From the NCBI GenBank assembly GCA_951406725.2, contig OX597832.1, forward strand, positions 62,062,001 to 62,126,000: a DNA stretch of 64,000 bases, read 5' to 3'. The position numbers were made by a program, and so were the translations under genes. The stretch comes from Octopus vulgaris. Lineage: Eukaryota. This document shows, piece by piece, positions 39,761 to 51,887 of this stretch. The notes below the pieces were generated by a model, which was not told the DNA's origin, searched no databases, and saw only the letters and a program-made list of their open reading frames with translations. The first letter of the stretch is position 1. Each line of letters begins with the position of its first letter.

Positions 39761-40342
39761 GGGCGGAGAGCTGGCAGAATCGTTTGCACGCCGGGCAAAA
39801 TGCTTAGCGGTATTTCGTCTGACGCTGCGTTCTGAGTTCAAATTCCGCCGAGGTCGACTTTGCCTTTCTTCCTTTCGGGGTCGATAAATTAAGTACCAGT
39901 GACGCACTGGAGTCAATGTAATCCACTTAATCCGTTTGTATTTGTTTGTCCTCTCTAAGTTTAGCCCCTTGTGGGCAATAAAGAAATAGGTATTTCGTCT
40001 GCCATGACGTTCTGAGTTCAAATTCCGCCGACGTCGACTTTGCCTTTCATCCTTTCGCGGTCGATTAAATAAGTACCAGTTACGCACTGGGGTCGATATA
40101 ATCGACTTAATCCGTTTGTCTGTCCTTGTTTATCCTCTCTGTGTTTAGCCCCTTGTGGGTAGTAAAGAAATAGGTATTTCATCTGCCGTTACGTTCTGAT
40201 TTCAAATTCCGCCGAGGTCGACTTTGCCTGTCATCCTTTCCGGGTCGATTTAAAATGTACCAGTTACGCACTGGGGTCGATATAATCTGTTTGTTTGTCC
40301 TCTCTATGTTTAGCACCTATAGACAATAAAGAAATAAAGAAA
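39761..40342 (+). mobile_element. SINE family A trimer
   Basis: tRNA-like head (GAGCTGGCAGAATCG; GAGTTCAAATTCC), then units starting GGTATTTC at 39809, 39989 and 40173. Confidence 0.95.
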
Positions 40343-40779
40343 TATATATATATATGTATCCGAAACTCTATGCTTGGCAAGCACAGTGTTCAAGGTTCGG
40401 TCCTTATGTGGGGTGATGTAGTAGACAAAAACTGAAAGAAGCTCATTGTGCATGTGTGTGAGGTGGTGCATGAGTGTGTGTGAGTGTGTGTGTGAGAGAG
40501 AGTGTGAGTGTGTGTGAGTGTGTGTGTGAGAGAGAGTGTGAGTGTGTGTGTAGCAAAGCTGAACAACGTAAAGAATATATAAAATTCGGGTTGCTTTATG
40601 TACCCTATCTCACAAAAGACGTCTATTTTCCGAACTTGAAGACTAACACAAACAATTACCATTTTGCTATGAATCCCAACTCCGAATAACATCTCACTCT
40701 CAGACCAGAAGATTTCTTGAAAATTGTATTTCCCTCAACTCCTAGATATGTCTTTGTTCCTTTCTATCCAACCCGATCC

Positions 40780-41465
40780 CCATCCTTCTCCCTGTCTCTC
40801 TCCTCTTCTTGTCTAACTCCTCCTTCTCACACACACACACACACACACACACTCGCTCCCTCTGCCTTTCTCATTGTCTTCTTATTTATTGCTGTCTATC
40901 CTATTCGTCTGCTTCTCTCTCTCTCTCTCTTTCTGTTTGTCGCTCTCGCTCTATCGGTCTCTCAGTCTCCCTCTCTCCCTCACTCTCTCCATGTTTGTCT
41001 TTATCTCTCTGTCTGTCCTTTTTCTCTCTGTCTCTGGTTATCTTTTTCTCACTTCTCTCTGTCTTTCCTTCCTTTTCTCTCCCTCTCACTTTCTGTTTGT
41101 CTCTATCTCTCTACCTCTGTCTTTCTGCCTCTCTCTCTTTCCCTCACTCCCTCTATCTATCCCTCCCTCTGTCTCTCCCTCTCTTTCACTATCTTCTTTC
41201 TCTCTGTCTTTGTCTCTCTGTATGTCTATTTTCTTCTGTCTTTCTCACTCACTCTTTCCATTCGTCTCTGCCTCTCTGTCTCTCTGTCACAGTCTGTCTC
41301 CCTCTTTCTCTCTCTCTTTCCCTTCCTCTCCTTCTCTCCCCCTCTCTCTCTTATTTTTGCTCTCATTCTCTCTCTCTCTCTCTTACTTTTGCTCTCATTC
41401 TCTCTCTCTCTCTCCTAGCTTCTTTCTCTCTCTCTCCCTGCCTCCGTCTCTCTCTCACTCTCTCT

Positions 41466-41526
<61 letters not shown>

Positions 41527-41530
41527 TTTC
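40780..41530. repeat. CT-rich polypyrimidine low-complexity tract
   Basis: Direct reading; explains the long Leu/Ser ORFs. Confidence 0.9.
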
Positions 41531-42251
41531 AACACCTTTCACTATTCCTCTCTGGAGTAACATATTGATTACACTATTTAAAGCGATAGCATGTAATGTA
41601 TTAAATTATTTAATTTCAACGTTTCATGCAGCCCCGGGGACTCGATATATTAACACCAATACAACACTAACGAAGCCGTCCCCTTCCATGCTTAATGTGT
41701 GGAGAACGGTGGAGATTAACGGAAAACCTAGCCTCCTGCAAGCTAAACTCGTAGGAGGCAGGAGTACGAACTGTTAAACAGAGTAACTGGAGTTAATTTC
41801 ATTTGGTTGTGTTCAGTTTAGTTATAAAGGCGATACATACCAATCGAGGAAGCGAAATTTAGAGACGCTAGTCGAAGAGGCAATCTTTGTGTGGATAGAC
41901 AGCCTCCTAGAAATAGCGGTCAAATCTTCAGCAGAAAACGATATAGTGATGGATTTCAAATTGAAGCATTGGGTAGCACTAATTGGTGCCCTGTCCTGAA
42001 ATTGAACCAGCGACCTTAAGAATGCAAATCAAATTACCTAAATATCAGACCATGATATTATAACATTCTTTCATTCTTTTTTCCTCTCTGCTTACCTCAG
42101 AATCTATCACTCTTTTGCAGACGTTTTTTTCTTTTTTTCATAACATTTTCTGTTCTTTCTTTCTAATCTATTTTGCAGACCTAAAACACTTCGCATGGAT
42201 CAATTCGTCTCTCACCCATCGACCGTTCTTCCTGCCTGTCTGCTTAAATCC

Positions 42252-42361
<110 letters not shown>

Positions 42362-42638
42362 CCTATATGCGTGTGTGTGTGTGTAGGTAAGAAGTATGGA
42401 GGTAAATTAGCATATGTGTATGTAAGAGTATAGTTAATTAATATATACTATATTATATATGTGAGTGTGTGTGTATTTATATGCGTGTACGTACATACCT
42501 ATCTAATCACTTGTGCACATGCATATCTACATTACTATATAGACATATCCATTCATATGCAGATAGACAGGCAGACAGATAGATAAATAGATAGATAGAT
42601 AGATTGATAGAGAGAGAGCGATATATATATATATACAT

Positions 42639-42709
<71 letters not shown>

Positions 42710-42821
42710 CATAGAGTGATTGATAGATAGATAAATTGATAGCGAGACAGATAGTTAGGTATATGCATACATAGAAGCATACATACATTTCCTACAATAC
42801 AGCAAACAGATATATACATAC

Positions 42822-42872
<51 letters not shown>

Positions 42873-43716
42873 ATATAGTACATATACTCGCATACATAGA
42901 TACATAGATACATGGATACACACTCGTTGCATATACGCATTACCTAAAAAAATCTCACTTCCTACCCACATAGCTACTTACCTACCTACTCACTTGCCTG
43001 CCTACCTACCTACATACCTACCAACCTACCATTTTCTTACATCTCTAAGTACATATGCACCAATCCAGCCACCTATCCACCTACCCTGAACTTGAGAACA
43101 TACCCACATAGGTCTCCCCCACACACTTATGCACAAATTCATATATATATGTATATAAACATAAATATATATATATACATATATATGTGTGTGTGCGTGT
43201 ACGTGTAAATGTATATATATATATATACACTTATATACACATTCATATATATATGTATATAAATATATATATGTATATATACATACATACACATACATAT
43301 ACGTGTAAATGTATATATATACATATTTATACGCATAATTGCCTAACTTCCGGTCTATTTCCTATCAACGTACATACCTTTTTAACTACCTCTGTAAATA
43401 TTAATGCGTACCTACTTATTTACAAACTCTCCTACTTACCTCCCTCCCTCCCTCCCTACCTACCTACCTACATACATACATACCTAACTACCTACCTATT
43501 TAAACACGATTTTGACCTCTTTTCGCGAAACCAACGGAGGAAATGATAAAACCGTTCGCTTCAACCCTTTAAAATACATGTTTACGTTTATTTATTCCCA
43601 TTGTGTTGACTCACTCCTTCATCATCTCGTTGCTTCCAGATTTCGATGATGTCATTATATATTTTTAGAATGGACAATACATTCGTTATTGTTCATTAAT
43701 AATTCCTCCGTTACTG

Positions 43717-44085
43717 TCAACGCTGATCAAGGACATCAGATGGGAGAAAAAGACGGTCACAGCGTGTTTGTCTATAGCCAGTAAATCCGATTCGTGGCCG
43801 GAAGTCCCTCCCGCAAGTCGGCCACTGGCGGGAGAGAGTCTGTTCTGCGCTTGCGCACTCTGCGTTTTCTTGGTACTCCTGTATTCCTGTTCCCCTCGTA
43901 TGATGTGACATCACTGCATCTCTACTAGCCAATTGGTGCATCATCGCCATGCAGGACAGTCGTCTGCTAGGGTGTCACAGATGTCGGGGCTGATCTCAAA
44001 GCCCTTCAGTGAGGATATTGTGTGTATCCTTGAAGCACCTTTTTCTGTCCATCTTGCGAGTTCTTGCCCTCCGCCACTTGGAGAG
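43717..44085 (-). pseudogene. RTE-clade LINE 3' fragment
   Basis: Minus translation RKRCFKDT..SLKGFEISPDICDTLADDCPAWR..PTCGRDFRPRIG, an RTE C-terminus with a decayed zinc finger. Confidence 0.75.
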
Positions 44086-44337
44086 TCCAGTGTCAGGCAT
44101 TCGAACAAGGGTGTCAATGTTGCGTAGTTGTAAAAGACCAGATCTGATTGGTTTAAACAGAAACGAGTAAAATATTTGGGATAAACATGGTTGGTATACG
44201 ATCGGTTTAAATGTTTAATGGTTAAACAGTGAAGATTACGATCAACATTTGATATACGTCAGTAAAATTACTAGCGCTGTTTCGTTTTCTTTAATCTACG
44301 TTCTTAATTTCAAACCAGTGGATCTAGACAGATATCG

Positions 44338-44657
44338 TGAAAGCGCGTGGCTTAGTGGTTCGGGTATTCGGCTCGCGATCGTAAGGTCGTGAGTTCAATT
44401 CCTGGCGATGCATCATGTCCATGAGCAAGACAATTTATTTCATGTTACTCCAGTCCATTCAACTGGCAGAAATTAGTTGTACCTGTATTTCAAAGGGACC
44501 AGCCTTTTCACACATTATGTCACGCTAAAAACACTGAAAACTACGTTAAGTGCACACGTGACAGTGGAGCGCTCAGTCACTGCACGTTAATTTCACGAGT
44601 AAGCTGTTCCGTTGATAGTATCAGCTGGGAACCTCGTCCTCGTGACCTTCAGAGTGC
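44338..44657 (+). mobile_element. tRNA-derived SINE family D (CORE-like central segment)
   Basis: A box TGGCTTAGTGG, B box GAGTTCAATTCC, then TGTCCATGAGCAAGACA. Confidence 0.85.
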
Positions 44658-45239
44658 TTTTAGACAGATATCTACCTAATTGCATTCACGCATGCTCACC
44701 TACCTTCCCACGTTCATACATATATGTAAATGCTTAAGGGAAAATCTGGATAAGCTTTCTTCTCAAAAACGCCATTACAACTACTTGAATGCAACAATAA
44801 AAACATGCAAGACATTTCCCAAGTTTAATGTGTGACATAGCTTTCAAGATCTACATTCCAGCGCTGGTGCTTTGTATCATATTTAGAAACCAGCTCCTTG
44901 AATACTTCATGAATACTTCAAATAATTACAAAACGGAAGACCACCTGTCTCTTTATCTGCGTACTACCTCCCTCCCTCCCTACTCACCCACCAACATACC
45001 TACCTACCTACAAGAAATCAGTCAACTGACATGCACATTACAAATGCAATCGCTATGTGCAGCCGTAAAATATGCAAGACCTTTATCACGTTTAAAATGT
45101 GACATTGTTTTCGTTATCTACATTCCAAAGATGGAGGGAATTTTTTTATCTTTCTTAGAAACCAGCTCCTTGCTCAGAAAAAATAATTCAAATAAACATA
45201 CATACATACATATCTATCATTCGCCATGATAGATCGCTA

Positions 45240-45412
45240 GCCACTACACATTCTTTATTTTCTCTCCTTGTTTCTTTCTGTGTTCCCTTCTGTGGAAGAG
45301 CGTAGGCTCGAAATGTTAAAGACTTTTACACTTCCCGAGCGGTAAACTAATACATCTGTTTGTTATTTACACCATCTGTCTTCGTTTTTTGGGGGTTTTT
45401 TTGTGAATTCTC
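45240..45412 (+). mobile_element. Solo PLE terminal repeat with hammerhead-like motif at 45286-45321
   Basis: Homologous to 14680-14844 and 12990-13151; ends at (TACA)n. Confidence 0.75.
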
Positions 45413-45554
45413 TACATACATGCATACATACACGCCTACATACATACATACACGCCTACATACATACCTACATGCATACACACATGCATACATACATACA
45501 TATATACATGCATACATACATACATACATACATACATACATACATACATACATC

Positions 45555-46070
45555 CATGAGATAAGATGTAGCTAGGACACTATAATAAAATCCGTCGGAA
45601 GGATAACCCAGAGGACAAAGAAATAAGAACCCACAGTATATTAGAAGCCCAAAGGCACACATAATAAGAAGGAATACTGATGGAATGTACCATTGAAGAC
45701 CGCGATAAAATGTAAGCTCAACAGGCCTCATATTATGATTTGGGATAGAGAAGAGAAACTGAGCGGATGTTAACATAAAGATACAGATCAGTGAAAAAGA
45801 GAAAACCTACGCTGAACTATTGTAGAATATGCAGTAACTCAATCCAGATTAAAAGTTCAGGTTTATACCTGTAATTATTGGGGCCCTGGGATATGTATAC
45901 TGCCTAAATACCCATCTTTAGAAATTAAGATTCTCAAAATCAGAAAGGGGACAGCTACTTCGAAGAGTACAGATGCAATCCATCATTGGAAATGTAAAAA
46001 TCTGTAAAACTTTATCATTTAAATATATATGAGCGTGTCTAAATATGCACCTATATACGTGAGAATACAA
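45555..46070 (+). pseudogene. RLE non-LTR retrotransposon 3' fragment (second family) in (TACA)n
   Basis: WNVPLKTAIKCKLNRPHIMIWDREEKL..ISEKEKTYAELL..FIPVIIGALGYV. Confidence 0.8.
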
Positions 46071-46120
46071 ACATATATATATGTGTATATATATATAGAT
46101 GTATATATATATGTATATGT

Positions 46121-46519
46121 ACTCTTTACTCTTTTACTTGTTTCACTAATTTCACTGTACCCATGCTGGAGCACCACCTTTAGCCGAGCAAATCAACCCC
46201 ATGACTTATTCTTTGTAAGCCTAGTACTTATTCCATCGTTCTCTTTTGCCGAGCCGCTAAGTTACGGGAACATAAACACACCAGCATCGGTTCTCAAGGG
46301 ATGTTGGGGGGACAATCACAGGCACACAAACATATACACACATACATATATATATACATATATACGACGGGTTTCTTTCAGTCTCCGTCTACCAAATCCA
46401 CTCACAAGGCTTTAGTCGGCCCGAGGCTATAGTAGAAGACAATTGCTCAAGGTGTCACGCAGTGAGACTGAATCCGGAACTATGTGGTTCGTAAGCAAGC
46501 CACTTACCACACAGCCACT

Positions 46520-46522
<3 letters not shown>
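46121..46522 (-). mobile_element. tRNA-derived SINE family C, near full length
   Basis: Reverse complement of 47799-48221. Confidence 0.9.
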
Positions 46523-46562
<40 letters not shown>

Positions 46563-46563
<1 letters not shown>

Positions 46564-46883
46564 ACCACTCCGTCGGTTATGACGAAGAGGTCTGAGCTGA
46601 TACGATCAATGGAACTGCTTGTTCGTGAAATTAACATGAAAGTGGTTGAGTATTCCAGACACGTGTATCGTTAACGTAGTTCTCAGGGAGATTCAGCGTG
46701 ACACAGAGTGTGACAAGTCTAGCCCCTTTAAAATACAGGTACTACTCATTTTTGGCAGACGAGTGGACTCGATCAACGTGAAGTAAAGTGTCTTCCTCAA
46801 GGACACAACGCGTCGCCAGGGATTGGGCTCACAAACTTACGATCGTCAGCCGAATACCCTAACCACTAAACCACGCGCCTTCA
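46563..46883 (-). mobile_element. SINE family D
   Basis: Reverse complement of 44338-44657. Confidence 0.85.
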
Positions 46884-47155
<272 letters not shown>

Positions 47156-47798
47156 TATATATACATATATATATATTGTGTGTGTCTGTGCGTTTATATA
47201 TATATATATAAACTCACACACTAATACACTAATACACGCCCACGTACATACAGAAATATAATAAATGTATTATGATATATTTTCTTTTTATTCTCTCTTC
47301 TGATCACTCACTCTTTCCCCTTCTCTCTCTCCCCTTTTCTCTCACTCTTTCTCTCGCTCTTCTCTCACTCCCGCGCTCTCTCTCTCATGTTGCCCTCACA
47401 TTTAAAATATTCATCATCGGGCCAGGCCTGCATACATCTACATCTACACAGACTCACACCTACAAGCACAGCACACAAACAACCCTCAAGCAAACACATT
47501 CCCATGGTTCTATGCTCCATATTTCTCTCAACACCCCTTTGTCTCTTTCTCATATGCGTGTCCTCTCCCGTTTTGTCTCTTAATTCGTCTGTCTCTCTTT
47601 CTGTTTTACCCCTTTCTCTTTGGTTTCCTCTGTGTGTATGTGTATGTCTGTCTCTCTCTCAGCTCCACACGCACACATACACACGTACAAAGGATGACAT
47701 ATTCTCTGCTTCTACGTTTCTTTCTCTCTATCTGTATCACTTTCTCTTTAACTATTTTCAACATGCACACCTACATATATACATATACACATACATAT

Positions 47799-47962
47799 AG
47801 GCGCAGGAGTGGCTGTGTGGTAAGTAGCTTGCTTACCAGCCACATGAATCCGCGTTCAGTCCCACTGTGTGGCACCTTGGACAAGTTTCTTCTACTATAG
47901 CCTCGGGCCGACCAAAGCCTTGTGAGTGGATTTGGTAGACGGAAACTGAAAGAAGCCCATCG

Positions 47963-48017
<55 letters not shown>

Positions 48018-48221
48018 TTGTGTGTCTGTGTTTGTCCCTCAACATCGCTTGACAACCGATGCTGGTGTGTTTACGTCCCCTTAACTTAGCGGTTCGACAA
48101 AAGTGACTGATAGAATAAGTACTAGGCTTACAAAGAGTAAGTCCTGGAGTCGATTTGCTCGACTAAAGGCGGTGCTCCAGCGTGGCCGCAGTCGCATGAC
48201 TGAAACAAGTAAAGTAAAAGA
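47799..48221 (+). mobile_element. tRNA-derived SINE family C, full length with internal (TA)n(TG)n
   Basis: A box TGGCTGTGTGG, B-box-like GTTCAGTCCC, CORE-like GGCACCTTGGACAAGT, tail AAGTAAAGTAAAAG. Confidence 0.9.
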
Positions 48222-48809
48222 CTATATATACATATGATTATACACTATATTTATCTACCCGTTTCTCTCATTCTCTCTCTGCCTCTCTCCATCAGTCGTT
48301 CTCTCTCTCTCTCGCTCTCTCTCCCTCTAAATTTCGTACACATACTCACACACACACACACATTCACAGACACACAGACACAGGCAAGTAGGCGAACAAA
48401 GACACACTTTATTACACAAGTGTTTCCAAAACACACAAACACATAACTGGAAGCAACATGAACTTCGACGAGAACAAGAACAGAACAACAACAACGATAT
48501 TGACGAAGAGGACAACAATGGTGACAAGCAGCAACTACAACAACAATCAGAATCACGTGTACTGATACCGCCTCCATCAACAGCAACGAAAAACGAAGTC
48601 TTAATGATCTCCGTTTTAATATCCACGTTATTATCTGCCTGTTAGCAGCCAAAGTGATGAAGGACAGGGGCTTTCAGATAGAATGGTGTCAGAACAACAG
48701 AACATCTGCTTCCATCTCTGCGGCAACTGGAAGGCATGAAGTTGACAGAATTTACAGTTCTACAGAAACAATGTGTCAGAAGGCGACATCAGAAGCACTT
48801 GTGCTAATA

Positions 48810-49033
48810 ATCTTTTTCACAGTCGGCACAAGGCCTGAAATTTTGGGGGAGGTAGGAGGGGCCAGTTGATTAGATCGACACCAGTACGCAACTGATACTT
48901 AATTTATCGATATCCCGAAATGATGAAAAGCAATGTCGACCTCGGCGGAATTTGAGCTCAGAACACAAGGACAGACGAAATATTGCTTAGCATTCCGCCC
49001 AGCGTGCTTACGTTCCTGCCCGCTCGCCGCCTT
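48810..49033 (-). mobile_element. SINE family A monomer
   Basis: GTCGACCTCGGCGGAATTTGAGCTCAGAAC..CTCGCCGCC on +. Confidence 0.8.
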
Positions 49034-49053
49034 ACATGTGCTAATAATAAAAA

Positions 49054-49152
<99 letters not shown>

Positions 49153-49159
49153 TAATAGT

Positions 49160-49585
49160 TGCCCTGATGCCGTACCAGACTGGCTCTCATGGCTTCTGAG
49201 CTTAACTGATTGGAAGTGTTATCATGTACATTGTTTTGTCTTGGTATAAAAGATGGGCTACAACAAATATTCTGCTCAATACCACAGATTTCTTCATCAG
49301 TTGTTTGATCTTAACCAGTTGAGCATGTCCCTTAGTGGCTGACGATATGTGCATCTCTGATCACGAACAGAAGTAGTGGGGGAACATATTAGCCATGTGT
49401 TGAGAGGAATTCTTTGGCGTTTGGATATTTCCCCTCTGGAAACATGGGTGATTCATTCAACATCCTTAAACAAACCTTATTCAGGGACCTTTTGATTGGG
49501 ATGGGTTACTCGACCTGAAGAAAATTCTAATTGGCCTACACCTGCAAGATCATGCGCTGTTTATCTTGATATGGGATCACCATGT
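49160..49585 (+). mobile_element. Family B 5' ~425 bp, joined directly to an RLE retrotransposon fragment
   Basis: Follows (TAA)n; colinear with family B up to GATCACCATGT. Confidence 0.9.
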
Positions 49586-49981
49586 GAAATGGTATGACAC
49601 ATCATTAGCGAATGCCCGAAATTGGCACAGCGCGAATACGAAAGACGGCATGACAAGAATGATGCATTGGGAACTCTGTAGGTAATCAAGGCCTACAAAG
49701 AGTAAGGACGTGGTATGAGAAAACACCAGGAGGAGAGTAGACGTGATACCAACAGTAATTGCCGAACTTCGAAGTATCAGCACTGAACTACCAGCATGGC
49801 TGAAAAATGATCGGTGCAATTGTGAAGGTAGAACGCCTACAAAAATCAGCATTGCCTGGAACTACAAGAATTCTTGGCAAGGTTCTTGCAGCATGACCAG
49901 TAAACAGTGTGACCTTACTCTGTTGGTTTTGGACAGCTGATACTTTCCATTATACCCGGTAATATAAGCTGTGAGTTTTCA
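49586..49981 (+). pseudogene. R4/Dong-like 3' fragment with internal deletion, ending in (TAA)n
   Basis: HIISECPKLAQREYERRHDK..MHWELC (zinc-knuckle/RHD region) and LQKS-type C-terminus. Confidence 0.8.
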
Positions 49982-50020
49982 TATAATAATAATAATATTG
50001 ATAATAATAATGAAAATGAT

Positions 50021-50056
<36 letters not shown>

Positions 50057-50079
50057 AACAACAATAATAATAATGAATT

Positions 50080-50522
50080 CAAGTTTTGGCGCTGCGAAAA
50101 CAATTACAGGGAAGAGGTGGGTCAACTACATTGACACCAATACTTAACTGGTACTTGTTTTAGCGACACCTAAAGGATGAGAGACAATGTCGACATCGGG
50201 TGAACTTGAGCTCAGAATATAGCGACGGGCGCAATGTTGTTAAGCATTGAGACGGGTGTGCTAACGAGTCTGCCATCTCGTCATCTTCAGAATAATAATA
50301 ATTTTTCTTTTATCTCAAATTTTGCCACCAGGGCACGTGGGGTGGTGTGGATAAGTCGGTTACATCGACTCCAGTGTTCAACTGGTACCTATTTCATGGC
50401 CCCCCTAGAGGATGAAAGGCAAAGTCGACCTCGATGGAGTTTGAACTGAGAACTTAGTGACGGGCGGAATACCGCTAAGCATTTCACCCGGTGTGCTAGT
50501 GACTCTACCAGCACGCCGCCTT
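50080..50522 (-). mobile_element. Two adjacent diverged SINE family A monomers
   Basis: GGATGAAAGGCAAAGTCGACCTC-type block twice. Confidence 0.75.
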
Positions 50523-50552
50523 TAATAACAACAACAGCAATACTACTACTAC

Positions 50553-50966
<414 letters not shown>

Positions 50967-51007
50967 AATAATAATAATAATAATATTAATAATTGTAATA
51001 ATAATAA

Positions 51008-51209
51008 TTTCTACTATAGGCACAAGGCCTGACATTTTGAGGGATGGGCCACTAGACTAGATCGACCGCAGTACGCAAGTGGAACTTAATTCATCGACCT
51101 CAGTTGAATTTGAACTCGGAACGCAGTGACAGTTGGAATATCGCTAAACATTTCGTCCAGCTTGCTAACGATTCTGTCTGTTCTCCGCCTCATTATTATT
51201 ATTATTATT

Positions 51210-51284
<75 letters not shown>

Positions 51285-51507
51285 AAGAATGGTTTCAAAT
51301 TTTGCCACAAGAGTAGTTGTTTTCTGGTGAAGGGATGAGTATATTACATCGATTTTCAGAGTTCAAATGATATTTAATTTATCGACCCCAAAAGTATGAA
51401 AGCCAAAGTCGACCTCGGCGGAATTTGAACTTAGAACGTAACTAACGACGGGTGAAATACCGCTAAACATTTTCCCCGACGTGCTAACGATTCTGCCACT
51501 ACGCTGC
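51008..51507 (-). mobile_element. Two SINE family A monomers separated by (ATT)(AAT)(AAG)n
   Basis: AAAGTCGACCTCGGCGGAATTTGAAC block and GCTAACGATTCTG head on +. Confidence 0.75.
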
Positions 51508-51846
51508 ATTATTAATGATAATTATAATAAAATTTAAGATATATCAAAACCTAAAAAAATTCTTTTCGACAATATCACCAGCAAAAATATAAAAGCAATA
51601 GCAAAAACATGTCCGAAAAATCAAGAGCAAAACACAACAATAGCTACAACAATGTGAGGCAGTATCGTGAACAACAACAGAAAACTTCATCAACAACAGC
51701 AACAAAAATAAAGAATAGAATGTCTAAAACCAATCCGAACTGAATGAAATTTTCGTGTTGATGTCGCCATAATAGAAAAAATATGAAGTATCAAAAGAGA
51801 ATAAAATCCGTCTGCCAGACATATGAATGTATACATATGCGCATAC

Positions 51847-51887
<41 letters not shown>

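Noticed and set aside
41731-41759. Isolated GC-rich hairpin GCCTCCTGC..GTAGGAGGC
   Set aside because: Short, single copy and without supporting context.
48440-48805. Protein-like Q/N/E-rich stretch as a possible exon
   Set aside because: Stops occur in all frames within a short distance, with no recognisable domain or convincing splice pair; RNA-seq would be needed.
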